64,000 nucleotides of DNA from Protoeuglena noctilucae (lineage: Eukaryota). Both the position numbers and the translations under genes were made by a program. The DNA is taken from the NCBI GenBank assembly GCA_958009085.1, contig OY253685.1:682001-746000 (forward strand), read 5' to 3'. Below are positions 25,582-38,400 of the stretch, one piece after another. Every line of letters starts with the position of its first letter. Position 1 is the first letter of the stretch. A model generated the notes under the pieces. That model saw nothing but the letters and a program-made list of their open reading frames with translations, was not told the DNA's origin and did not search any database.

Positions 25582-28500
25582 ATGGGCGCGAGGAAGAACA
25601 AGCGTCTTCGCGCCAGCCCGGAACGGCCCCCCCGGCTCGCCAAGAGCGCCCCTGGCCCAGACAACCAGAGCGCCGAGCGTGCGAAGCGTGCGAAGCCCCT
25701 CGACAACAGGTGCGGGCTCGCCCGAGTTGCTTGACATGCTGTGGTGTCACGGCAGGACAGGGGGGCCCGAGCGCCCCCCCTGCGCGCCTCCCACACGTTT
25801 TGCAAGTGGGTGGAGCTTTTCAGGCTATGGCGTGCACCCGGAGCGTTAAGCTGCCTATTTTACCCGTTTCGCAACATAAATATGGACTCGAAAGCGCATC
25901 TTGCACTTTCAAACCTGCCATCGTCCGCCCGTCGCCGCGGGCAGGGCCCCTGGATAGCCTCGGCAGCCGCCGCCCTTGCGCCGCGCCCGCCGCGCGACCG
26001 CCGCTCTTCATTGCCTGACAACGCGCGTCTCTCCTCGCTTTTTCCAGGTACACCGGCACACGCTTGGGCCCGCGACCCCGCGTCGAGGAGGTGGCGTCCA
26101 CCAGCCGTGACCTGGAGCCTGAGTCGTTTTGGGCCAAGTACATTAGCAAGCGGCGCCCGGTGGTCATTCACGGTGGCATCCCAGACTTGGAGTGCAAGGC
26201 GCCGGCGCTGTGGACCGACTCCTACCTGAAGAAGCATGCGGTGAGCCGCGGTTCGCCCGCTGACCCGCTGCATTTCACAATTTGCACCGTATCCAATCCT
26301 GGGACGCCACTCGTCACCGTCCCGGCGACTTTCACGCGTGCCAGAGAAATCGAAGCCGGTGCATGCCGGCCCAGCGGGTCGATTCCTCGGCTAGCCTCGA
26401 CCCATGGCGAGCTGAGGATGATCCCCCGCGCACACGACCCCATCTCCGCCGATCTCCGCGTTCGTCGGCAGCTCTCGCTTTTCCTATTTGCCGGAATGCA
26501 TCCGGACCGCGGGCCCTCCGCGTTGCGAGCGCAGGGGAAGTGCAAGGTCCTGGCGGAGCGCCGTTTGCGGGGACCCGGCCCGGCTTTCGGCCGCGGGGAG
26601 CGCGCGTGCATGTTGTTCGCGGACGTGGTGGACGCGGCGGCGGCCGGGGACGATTCCGTGTACATGACGGCGCAGCACCCCGAGGGCGACCTTCTGGTGG
26701 CGCCTCCCCTGCGCGGGAAGCTCGCGGCCGACCTGCCGCGCGCCCCTCGGCTTGCGGAGCGCCTCGAGCTGCAGAGCGTCAACATGTGGATGGGCGCGAG
26801 CGCCGACGGGGCCTCGAGCGGCCTCCACCACGACTTCCACGACAACGTGGTGCGTTCCCAAGCCGCAAACGAACGGCGGTGTGCAGTTATTGTTTCAGTG
26901 CGCAGCAATTGTTCATTCAATGCGACGTTATTTGATGGGCGGATGTGACCAGTCGAGTCATCCCTCGGCTGTTGGCTGTTGGCTTTGCGGGGTCCGTTGT
27001 CCCTTGCGTGCGTTGTTCCGTGCAAACTGTCTCTCTGTTTCCCGTGGCGAGCGATGCGACAATAGTTATCCCTGTCCGAAGGGCCGCGATGCGGCCGGCA
27101 TGTCGGAACAATCTCTGTATTAGCTCTAGCTGACGCCACGGGACCGGGAAGACAGCTGCACCCTGCTCGTTCCATCTCTGTGCATCTCTGCACACAGCAG
27201 CGCCTTGCTTCGCGTTTCTTAACGTGCAGTTTCAGTGCTCCGTTCTCCTGCTCGCGTTCTGTCCTCTTTCCCATCCGTGGCCGGGCCGTGAAGAATCACT
27301 GTAGACTGACGCCCCGGGTTCGCACCCAGGGCATTCCCCATGGCGACTTCGCCTCGAGCGAAACCTCCTACTCATACTCGAGCCCGGCCGCCTCCTGGCA
27401 CCCCGTTTCGCCCACACCTTTCGGGGCACCGCCCACTGCAGCTGCCGATCGTCTCACCACGATGTTCGTTGCCGCCCATCGCCTCCTTTCCTCTGCCTGC
27501 ACGCCGCAGTATCTCGTGTTCCGAGGCCGCAAGCGCTTCCGCCTCTTCTCCCCCGATATGGCTGGGCGCATGGCCACGCACGGCCGCATTACGCGCGTGC
27601 GCCCGAACGGAGTCATGGACTACGCGCGCGACGAGCAGGTGAGGAGGTGGGCAAGGGCAAGGGAGGCGTGAGTGATGGTCGCTGTAACGCATGATCTTTG
27701 ACAGACTCGTGTTTCCAACTGTGCCTGTTACTCGGCACAATAAGCTGGTGTGTGGTGTTCCCATCACGATGCGGCCCGCTTTGCGGCTTCGCACGGCGTG
27801 TGCCATGCACAACCCCCATTCACCCGGCCACGTGAGGGGCGCAGTGAGGATAATCATCCAATATGCCAGTTCTGCTGCTGAGCCGAGGCTCTGACGAGAA
27901 TCTGGATTCCCCTACTGAGCGCACCCTCACGTGTGCGGCCGTTGCTCGACTCTGCTGTCTGCCCTCTCCCGCCCTGTAGCGCCCACACCCCGTTGCTTGG
28001 CTCCCCGTTCCCCTCTCCTGCTTTCTACCGCCCTGTACCGTCGACACACCTGTTGCTTCGCCCATCCCTGCCCTGCTCTCCCGTACCCTCAACAACACCC
28101 CGCATCTCGCCCAACCCGGGTGTGGCTGCGTTGTATGTGTTGTTCGTGCTCTTTCCTCTCGACTCCCCGCCCGCGGACGACACCCAAATCACCAATCCAT
28201 TCAATTCATGTGCGTCAGCTGAGCGACGCGGTGACGATTCGATGACTCTGAGGGCAACGGGGGCAGAGGCGTATTGTTTATCGTTGACCTACCCAGTACT
28301 ATTTTGATGAGTCGATTTTAAACTCGACAGATTTTTTTTAACGAGGCCTTTTGTCCCATCTGCCTAATCGTGCTTCTCATCTATGCTTGCCGGGACGCCG
28401 CAGCACGGTTGCATGAGACAGCTGTTTCATTCCTGCGCGTTTGCGTCCGCAGGGGCGGCAAGACAGCGAAGACAAGGGCGACAGCCAGCGTGTCTCTGGC

Positions 28501-29124
28501 AGTGAGGAGGACGGAGATGATGACGATGATGAGGATGAGGATGATGGGCCGCCGCTGTTTGGGGAGGCGGAGGGCGAGGGTGCGGACGGTGCCGAGGAGG
28601 ATTCGGGATTCGGGAACTTGCACTTCTCCGACGATCACGACGACTTCGACGAGCTGTTCGGGGCAGAGAGGCAGGACACAGATACAGAAGGGGCAGGTCC
28701 CACATCGTCACCGGCCCATCAGGCCGATGAGGCTAGGGACCGCGATGCCGCGTCGCCGGCAGACGCAAGGCGCAAGCGAGACAAGCGAGGGGAGCCGACG
28801 CGGCCCCGCAGCCTCGTGGCGCGCCGGTACTCGGTGGGCGCGCGGGTGGTGGACCGTCGCGACGCCGACCACTTCAGCGCTGTTGACCTCACGCAGCCGT
28901 GGGCCGAGGTGCGGGCGCGCCACCCGTCCTTCCCGGCCCAGGCCGAGTGCGCCGAGGTGGTGGTGGAGGCAGGCGACGCGCTGTACTTGCCAGCGGGGTG
29001 GTTCCACGAGGTGACGTCGTTCAACGGGGCGCAGACACAGAGGCAGCCGGGGCGGGCGGGGCACCTGGCGGTGAACTGGTGGTTCCACCCGCCAGGCGAC
29101 GACGGGGCCCACGGAGACGATTAG
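25582..29124 (+). CDS. JmjC/Cupin_8 2-oxoglutarate-Fe(II) dioxygenase with an acidic insertion
   Basis: Basic first exon MGARKNKRLR...AKRAKPLDN spliced in phase to YTGT...FWAKYISKRRPVVIHG; then VNMWMG...SSGLHHDFHDNV|YLVFRGRKRFRLFSP, a D/E-rich segment, and EVVVEAGDALYLPAGWFHEVTS...HLAVNWWFHPP. The H-x-D...H metal triad is intact. Confidence 0.85.
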
Positions 29125-29649
29125 ACGGAGAGACGTCGGTCTTGTTGTCTTGCTTCTTTCTTCCAGGGTAGGGTGTTCGCTGGTAGTAGTGTTGCTGGTC
29201 GTCGGGCACTGTCCTGTGCTATGGCTTGTCTATGGCAGCGCCTGCGGTGAGGTGCCGGCGATAGAGATGGAAATAGAGAAGGGCTTTGTTTGTTTTGCAC
29301 GCCTTTTCCTGCGTGCCAGCGGTCGCATTTTTCTCACTTACTAACAGCGCTTGTCATCGAGCTGTCCAGGAAAGGGTTGCCACGGCTGGTTCGGCCCTTT
29401 CCGATTAATATGTTGTTGACGTGCTCAACAACTTCAAAGAATACGCATGACGCCTCTGTGTCATGCTGCCATTGAACGGAATTGCCCAAAGGCGCAATGC
29501 GTGGCGCGTGGCATTGCTCGCCAGCAGCAGCAGCACGACTAGCTGCAGCAACATGAAAAGCAAGTGCGTGACGTGAGAAGGTAGCATGCTCGCTCTACAG
29601 ACAATACGCTCTGCTGGTCCCCACGCTGCACGTGCGAGCTCCAGGGACC

Positions 29650-31668
29650 TCAGCAGCCCCGGAGCGACCCCGCTCTGCAACCTGAGATGGTGCACCCGAT
29701 GTGCACGATCGTCCCACCGTAGCAGGCCAGCCCGTAGCTGTTGCAGTCGGCGATCTCCACTCCACGCACCTCCGCTCGCCCACCATCGCTGCTCTGCACC
29801 CCAGCATAGACCTTGGACCCGGTGATGCGCCCCCCCTGCACGACCACCTCAGTGCCCCTCTGAAAGACGGCAACGCCACACTGCTTGCAGTCGGCGATCT
29901 CCACGTCCCGCACGTTGACATGCGCGCCGCCGCTGCACTGCACCCCGTGAAGAGTCTTGGTCCCCGTGATGCGTCCCCCCTGCACGACCGCCTTGGTCCC
30001 TCGCCCACCAATGGCGACGCCGTGGAGTCTGCAGTCGGCGATCTCCACGTCCCGCAGCTCCGCGCGCTGCTGGTCGCCAATGCAGGACACCCCGTAATCC
30101 CTCGACCCAGCGATGCGCCCCCCATGGACAGAGACATTGCTGCCAGTGCCGTGGCAATACACGCCGCACTCCTCACAGTCAACAATCTCCATGCCCTGCA
30201 ACACGCCAACCGCACCCTCCTTACACGCCACGCCGATGTCCGCTTTGGCGATGTGGCATCCCACCAGGGCCGCCTTGCTTCCTTTGCCACAGACCGTCAC
30301 GCCGTCCTCCTCGCCCTCGGCAATCCTCACGTCCCACACCTCCGCTTGCCCACCGTTCTGGCAGCTAAACCCGACACCACCCCTCCCCGCATTGCGCCCT
30401 CCCTGCACCGCCACCTTGCTGCCCCTGTCTTGGCACGCGACGCCGCATGAGTGGCAGTCGATGATCTCCACGTCCCGCAGCTTCGCCTCCCCGCCCTCCG
30501 CACAAAGCAGTCCACTATATTGTCCAGGCTCCGTGATACGCCCCCCATGCATGTTCATCCTGCTGCCCTTGCCGAGGCTGATGATGCCATACTCCGCGCA
30601 GAAGGTCACCTCCACGCCACTCAACTCTACCTGCCCACCGACCCCGCAACTCACGCAAGCCCCCTGACCTCTTGTCCCGCGGATGCTGCCACCCTGCATG
30701 ACCACCTTGCTGCCGCTTCCCGCGCAGTTGACGCCGAAATATGGACCATCGACCACGTGCGTGCCCACAAGCGTCAGCCTCGCGCCGCCCACGCACCACA
30801 CCCCCGTCCCCACCACCCGCACACGCTCCAGGCGCATACTCCCGCCCCTCTCGACCTGCACAGCACTGCTTGCCCAGCTCCGCATCCACCACCCCCAGCA
30901 TCCCATTTTGCACCGTCGCCACCTTATTCGCTCCCTTGACCGCCACCAGGCCCGTCAGCACCACCTCCTGGCCCCCCAGATCCACCACGCCACCCCTGCG
31001 CACTGCCTCAACCACCTCTTTCTCCGTCCACACCGTCGCCGCCCCGCCTGCGCCCGACGCCCACGCAGACCCTGCCAGCCCTGCCGGCCATGTCACTGCG
31101 GACCAGACCGTCCCCATCGCCGCCCGCACCCTCGCCTCCACGTCCGCCCACTCCAGCCCTGCCCCCCGCATTCCCGCCCTCCCCGCCACTGCCTCCCGTG
31201 CAGCCCTCCGCCGCAGCTCGCTCGGCTGCCCCAGCACGTGCACCAGCGCCCCCCGCCACTCCTCCGTCCCTACCGCTCTCGTGCACTGCCTCCTGTGCAC
31301 AGCAACAACGCAGGTGCGTCCCATCACCGCAGCTGCCCCAAGGTCCAGACACCACACGCTGCCACTCCTGCCATCTCATCTCACTGCATCCCTCCACGCC
31401 CCGGCTCCCTTCCCCCCCTCGCTCCGCGCCTCACCGCAACCGTGTCCATGCGAACGACCCTCGACACCCCTCGCCTGCTCTCGGTGGCCGCCCTCAGCAT
31501 CTCCGCCACGCTCGTTCGCTCTCCCGAGCCCTGCCCGCCCCGCCCCAGCGACTCCCCCACCTCCAGCTCGCCCTCCACGATCATCCGATTCCCGCCTCCG
31601 CTGCCCCCGCCGCCTCCGTCCACTTCCTGCGTCCCCGCCCGGCCCCTCTCCCCGCCCGCCCCAAGCAT
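29650..31668 (-). pseudogene. Right-handed beta-helix repeat gene, copy A; kinase domain almost entirely deleted; apparent frameshift near 30870-30900
   Basis: About seven ~48-aa repeats (AELRDVEIADC--HGVAI-G-G-KAVVQGGRI-G----GV-C--GG). The N-terminus EGELEVGESLGRGGQGS is fused directly to GERTSVAEMLRAA. DNA is paralogous to 47752-50467. Confidence 0.7.
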
Positions 31669-32357
31669 CTCTGCGGGCCGTCCGCCGGGGCGTCGCTCGC
31701 TGCCCACACATTGCCGTGGTATGATTACAGCCCGCTGCACCTCAACATACCCCTCCCGTGCGCTGTTGGGGGCCCCGGACCCTCTGCTGTGCTACCCGGC
31801 CTTTGCCAGGCGAAACCAGCCCCCGCGGACGCCGCCCGCCCCCGCCAACGACTTCCACACCTGTCCATATCGCATACGGTATACATATCACGCAATCAAC
31901 GCGCCCCGCTCGCCTCCCTCTCCGGGAAGCCCGTCCCCGTTCGTCGCCTTAGGCTGCCTGGGATCTCCGCGAACGCCCGCGCCGTCGGAACGCGCGATCG
32001 GCCCGATGCTTTCCCAGGACAAGCGCCGGTGTCTTGTGATCGCCGCGCGGTGCTGCTCGCGGCCCTTCCAGGCGGGCCCAGCTCCGCCAGTCAGCGTGCC
32101 CGTGCCGGCAGGGCGTCGCTTCAGGCCGCCGCGCCAGCTCCGCCGTCGCCGACCTCGCAGGACGGATGCGGCAGGCAACGACCACGGACACTCGCCGACG
32201 CCCAGGCCGCGCGAGACAGGCCAGCCGGGGCACAGCACGTCTGCTGGCGACGGAGCGGCCCGCCAGCGCGAGCGTCACCAGGGAGTGCCGGCCGCGACAT
32301 CCGATGCTCGCCCGCGCAGATCGCTTGCCGCACGCACACGCAGCTTCGGCAGGCAGG
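31660..32357. repeat. Upstream region of copy A, duplicated at 50460-50996 and (distal ~220 bp) at 47305-47520
   Basis: ccaagcatctctgcgggccgtcc..cggggcgtcgctcgctgcccacacattgcc occurs at 31661 and 50460, and similarity continues for ~500 bp. Core 32211-32270 matches 47379-47438 at 57/60 by manual count. Confidence 0.9.
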
Positions 32358-32437
32358 TGGCATGGTTCGTTTTCAACCCACCATGCGCTGCTAGGTTCTA
32401 GGGGCTAGTGGAGCTAGATGGTAGCTATCTACGAGAC

Positions 32438-35400
32438 TCAGAGGAGCGCGGCCAGTAGCATGGACGCGGCAAGCAGCGAGCTGCCCGTTGCCGCCATGAA
32501 GGCGCTGGACTTCTTAGTCGGCGCCGGCGTGGACGACGAGGGCGTCGAGGAGCCGGGGCCCGAAGTGGGGGCGGGGGTGGGGACTGTCGCGACGGACGCC
32601 ACCACGGACGGGACCTGGAGATTGTACAGGGCCGAGGTGGGGTCGTTTGCCGCGGCGATGAGGGCCGACTGGATGGAAGTGGCCAGCGCCGAGCCGTCGC
32701 CGACCGCCGTCACGAGCGCCTGGGCCGCCGTGTTGGTGGCAGCAGCCACGGCCACGTTGAGGTTCACCGCCACCTGCGGGTAGGAATGAAGTGGCATGAG
32801 GATAACGGAATGGAGCTTCACGCTAACAAGCAGCGTGCAAGCACCCTCAGCAAGCAGCAGCACTCACGTCAAGGAGGGCGCGGCGCGATGTCTCGGCTGT
32901 GACATCGACGTCCGAGTCCGGCACACCCAGCTTGGAGGCCACGGTGCTCTGGATCTTGGACTCGATGGCCGCCAGCTGGACGCTCGAGGGCTGGGCCCTG
33001 AACGAGAGCGTGACCGTGAACTTGGCCTGGGGCGTGCCCGACGTGATGGGCGGGGGGGTCGGGAAGAGGTCGCTGATGACGATGTTCATCGAGAACACGT
33101 CCGAGGTCTGGTAGCCCGAGCCCGCCGTCTTGGGGCTGCACGACAGCACCAGAGTCGTGGCCGAGCCAGTGACGCTGGGCATTGCCGACAGGTACACAGG
33201 CGTCGAGGACGTGGTGACTGCGATGTCGGGCGTGGTGGCCGTGGAGGACGCCAGGACCGAGCCGGTGTAGGCGGGGGAGTTCTGGGCGTTGGTCAGCATG
33301 CAGTCAACCGTGACGGCCTGGTTGAGGGCCTCCAGGTTGACGAGCTCGCCCGCAGCGTACTGCATCTGCTCGACGGCATGCACCGTGGTGACCTGGGAGC
33401 CGGCGGTGAGCGCCTTGCCGTTGGAATCGGTGGCGATGGCCTTGGTGCCCGTGACGAAAACCACCGCCTGGTTCCGAACGTAGACATCGAACTTGGCCAC
33501 CTCGCTCGTGTAGCCGCCAGCAGACGACGAGGGCGTGCACGTGTAGGTCACCGTCTTGTCGGCGCTGATGGTCAGGGAGGTCGGGATGGTAATGCTGACG
33601 GCAGTGCCGCCCACCAGGTTGCTCGTCGTGGACATGGAGATGGTCGACGTGACATTGGGCAGCGTGGTCGTATCGCTCGACGTGCACGTCACTGAGACGG
33701 CGGAGGTCGGGGGGACGGTCGAGTAGAGCTGGACCAGGGCACCGGCGGAGCTGCTCTGGAGCTCGAACACGGCCGGGGTAAGGGAGGCCGAGCCTGAGGT
33801 CAGGAGGGTGCCGCTGGCCACCTTCGACCCGCTGGCTGTCGTGGCAGAGGAGCCGGCCACGGCGACGAGTGCGCGGGCGAGGACCACGACGTCGAACTTG
33901 ACGCTCTCGGTGCCCTTGTAGGGCGACGAGGCGCACACCACCGTGCACGTGTAGGTCACAGTCGTGTTCTTGCTCACAGCCGCGGGGTTGGGCAGCGACA
34001 AGGACGTGCCGGCATTCAGGAGGCCCGAGACGGTGACGTCTGTCATCACGGCGGTGTTGTTCGACGCGCAGTAGACGTCCACAGCCACCTCCTTGTTGGA
34101 CGAGTCCACGGCAGGCGTCTTGGTCATCAGCTTGACCACGTCACTCTGGCCAGCGTACATGACGAGCAGCGGCGCCAGGGACGCGGTCGTCGAGTAGCCA
34201 ATGTTGGTGCCGGCCATGATGGACAGGAGCGTGGAGCTGTTCAGCGCGGACGAGCCCGCCACGGCCATCAGGCCGTAGTAGTAGACGTACACGTCGAATT
34301 TAACCAAGTTCGTCGTGTCCAGGCCGCCAGCCGCCGCCGTCGGAGCGCACGTGTAGGTCACGGTCGTGTCGCCGGTCAGGGTCCCCATGGGCGTGGGGAT
34401 CTGGATGTCGACGGCCGTGGTGCCCGAGACGGACAGGCCCGTGATGTTGGCCAGCACCGTCGAGGCGCTGCTCGTGCAGTTGAACGTGACCGTGGCCGTG
34501 GCGGTGGCGTTCAGGCTGATGGTCGCGACGGCGCCCGAGGTCGTTGACTGACCGTACATCAAGGCGGGCGTGATGGCGAGCGAGCCTCCGCCCGAAATGT
34601 TTCTGCCGGACGCCAACGCCAGATTGGTGTCCGCACGGATGGCAGAGGAGCCAGCCTTGATCAAGGGCGTGAGGGCGATGACCTTGATGTCAAAGAAGAC
34701 CGTGCCCGTCACGGTCGTCTTGGCCGCGGCCGGGGTCGTGGGGGCGGGGGTGGCCGTCGACGCAGGCGTAGAGGCCTGAGTGGAGGCCGGCGTAGACGCC
34801 GTGGTGGCGGCCGGGGTGGAGCCAGACGTGGTCGCCGCGGGCGTCGGGGCAGGCGTCGGCGCGGCCACGGAGCCGGGGGTGCACGTGTAGGTCACAGTTG
34901 TGTCGGTGGAGACGGACGAGGCCACCGGGATCGTGATGGCCACGGCGCTGGCGGTGGACAGGGACACGTTGTTGATGTCCGCAAGCACGGTCGAGTTGCT
35001 CGACTTGCACGAGTAGGTCGTGGCCGTCTGGGGGGCCGCCGTGGCCTGCAGCGCCACGATGGTGCTGGAGGCCGCTGCACCCTCGTACACGACGGGCGTG
35101 CGGGAGGCGATGCCGGAGCCGAGGAGGGACGCGCCGGCAGACAGGGCCGTGGTCCCGTCGGCGGCCGTGCCCGCACCCGAGCCCGCCACGACCTGGGCGG
35201 TGGGGTTGGACACAAACACGTCGAAGGTGACGCTCACGGTGGTGGCGAAGCCGCCAGCCGCGACGCTGGGCGCGCAAGTGAAGGTGACGAGCGTGCCCGA
35301 CGAGACCACGGCGGGGGTCGGGAGGACCAGGTTGACAGCAGTGGTCGTCGAGACGGAGGTGGCCGCCACGTTGCCGATGACGGTTTGGTTGCTCGACGCG

Positions 35401-38400
35401 CACACATAGGTGACGGCAGCCGTGGGGGCCACGTTGGCCTTGAGGGCGACAGTAGAGCCCGCAGCGTACGTGACGCCCGCATAGAGCTGCACCGTCTTGG
35501 CCAAAGACCCGCCACCGCTGATCTTGGTGGACGTGGAGAGCATCGTGTAGCCGTCCGCGGCCGTGAGCGCCGCGCTGGGGGAAACATCAACAGCGCGGGG
35601 CAGGACCGTCACATCGAACGTGAACGAGTCGGCCGTGGTGAGGCCGCCAGCATTAGCCGTCGGGGCGCACGTGAAGGTGACCGTGGTAGCCATCGAGATG
35701 TCACCGGCAGCGCCGAAGGTGAGACCAACGGCGGTGGTGGACGCCACACTGGCCGTCACGTCGGCGAGGACCGTGCTGTTGGAGGATGCGCACTTGTAGC
35801 TCACGGCAGCCGAGGGAGTGCCGTTGGCCACCAGCTGGACCAGGGCGCCGGCAGCGGGGGTCACGGTCGTCACGACCGTGGGCGTCTTGGCTGCGTTGCC
35901 CGAGGCCAGGGCCGTGCCCTGATCCAGCTCGGCGCCGGCCGCCGTCGTCGCAGCCGTGCCGGCCTGGGCCGAGACGGCCAGGGGCACGACCGTCACGTCG
36001 AAGGTGAACGTCTCGGAGGTCGTCACGCCGCCCGCGGAGGCCGTGGGCGCGCAGGTGTAGGTCACTGTCGTGGCCTTGTCGATCTGGCCGCTCTGGGGCA
36101 GGCCCACCGAGACGGGGGTCGTGCTGTTGACCTGGACCGATGTCACACTGCCGAGTACGGACGTGTTGGAGGAGGTGCACGAGTACGTGATGGTCGCTGT
36201 CGGCGTAGCATTTGCCTGCAGCGCCACCACGTTGGAGATGCTGCTCGCCGGCGCCAGCTCGATGATCTGCGGCGTGGCCGACGCCTTGGCCGACACCAGC
36301 ATGGTGCTAGTCGTCATGGCAGTCTTGCCGTCCGCAGCCGTCTGGGCCGTGCCACTGTAGGCTGCGACCACGATCGCCTTGACGTGGATCGTGAAGGCCA
36401 CGCTCTCCGACGTCGTCAGGCCGCCCGTGCTGACCTTGGGGGTGCATGTGACGATGACGTCCGTGTCGGCGTTCACGGAGCCCGGTGTCGGCAGCGTGAT
36501 AGCCGCCTTGGTCGACGACAACGTCACGTCTGAGATGGTCCCGATCACGCTCGAGTTGTTGCTCGTGCAGGCGTACGTGACGGTGGCGGTCGTCCCATTT
36601 GTTGCGGGAGTCGTGTTTGCCAGCAGCTCGACGGTCGTGCCAAGGCCGGTAGACTGGCCCTCGTAAAGGACGAACGACTTGCTCGAGGGCAGGGCCGTGT
36701 CGGCGGCCAGAGTCGTGCCGTCGCTGAGGGTCTGCGACGAGGCAGCCGCCGCCTGGACGTTGATGGCCACCACGTTGACCCAGAACATGACCGAGTCGGT
36801 CGTCGCCAGGTTCCCGAAGGCCGCGGTGGGCTGGCACGTGTAGCTGAGCTGCACGTTCGCCGTGCCCATGTTGGTCGGCGCGGGGAGCGTGATGGCGTCG
36901 GCGTTCGTATCGTTGGTGATGGACACGGAGGAAATGTTCGGCATGATGTTGGAGTTGCTGGACGTGCACGTGACCGTTCCTGTTGCGCCCGGTGCCACGT
37001 TCTGCTGCAGCTTGACCTTGGTGCTGTCGGAGCCCGCGCCCTCAAAGACCTGCACCGCCAGCGCGGCGTTGTACGTGCTGCTCGTCAAGTCGGTGGACGT
37101 GCTGCCGAAGGCAGTGGCGTTGCCGTTCAGGACGGTGGTGGCCGCGCGCACTGGCGTCAGCTTGGCGTGCATGACGTACACGTCAAACTTGACCGTGTAG
37201 TTGGACGGGGCCGTGCCCGTGAACACGAACCCGCCGCCGCTGGTGGGCGAGCACGTGTAGGTGACTGTGGTGTCGGCTGAGATGCCCGTCACCGCTGGGA
37301 TCGTGAAGGTCGTCACGCTCGTGTCCGTGATGTTGAAAGCCGCCACAGCAGGGGCAATCGTCGTGTTGCTCGAGCTGCAGGAGAAGGACACGGTTCCGGC
37401 GGGAGCGTAGTTGAGTTGGAGGCCGATCTGGCCGGTTGACGCGGACCCCTCGTACAGCACGGGCGTCATGGACGTGGAGCCCGCCGTCGAGTAGCCGATG
37501 GACGTGCCCGAGGCGATCGTCGTGCCGTCCGACTGGCGCGTCAGGGTGGCAACGTTGACCACCGCCGAGACGGAGCGCGGCATGATCGTGACCTGGAAGC
37601 TCACGGCCTGGCCCGCCGTCACGCCCGTCGGCGCGGGCGTCGTCGACGCGACCGTGCACGTGACCGTCACGGTGACGGCCGACGTGGTGGCGGTGGGAGC
37701 CCCGAAGGTGATGGAGGCTGTGGTGGCGCCGCTGACCGTAACCGCGGCGGGGCTGGCGAGGGCCGATGTCGTCCCGCTCACGCAGTTGACGGTGGCCGTG
37801 GTCGAGTTGCCGAACGAGAGCGTGGCAATGGCACCAGCGGCCGTGGTTTCGCCCTCAAAGATGCGCGGCGTGACGCACGAGGTGGTGCCGAGGACGGTGC
37901 CTGCTGTGATTTGGGCCGTCGGCATCGTGCTGCGGTAGGCGGCCGAGCCCGCGACCGCCTGCATCTGGGGCGTCACGTCGACGATGAAGGCCGTCTTGAT
38001 ATTGGACCACCCGTTCGTGGAGTCGTTGGTCGTGCACTTGACATAGAACTTGGTCTGCGTCGTCACGTTCTGGATCGTAATGGCTGTCGTCGTGGCGAAG
38101 GTGCCCTGCGCAGCGATGTTGTTGGCGGTCGACGTACCCGTGTTGGCGGTCGTGGCAAACGTGAACGTGTCCGAGGCGTTCCCGCCCACCGTGAAGGCAC
38201 TCGAGGCCTTGGTGGAGAAGGCCGAGTCGCTGTACGCCGTGCACGACACGACGCTGCCGCCCGTCAGGGGCGTGTCGGCAGAGCCGTTCTGGAACTTGAG
38301 CGTCACCGAGTCGCCACCGACCTGGGAGACCTTGCCGAAGGCCGTGCTCATCGTCGGGTTGTTGGAGGCCCAGACGGACGTGGTGTTGCCACTGACCTTC

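Noticed and set aside
29701..32401. Long plus-strand ORFs (e.g. 30683-32401, 48723-50693) and many antisense ORFs across the giant gene
   Set aside because: Pro/Arg/His-rich shadows of real minus-strand genes; stop codons are rare at this GC content.
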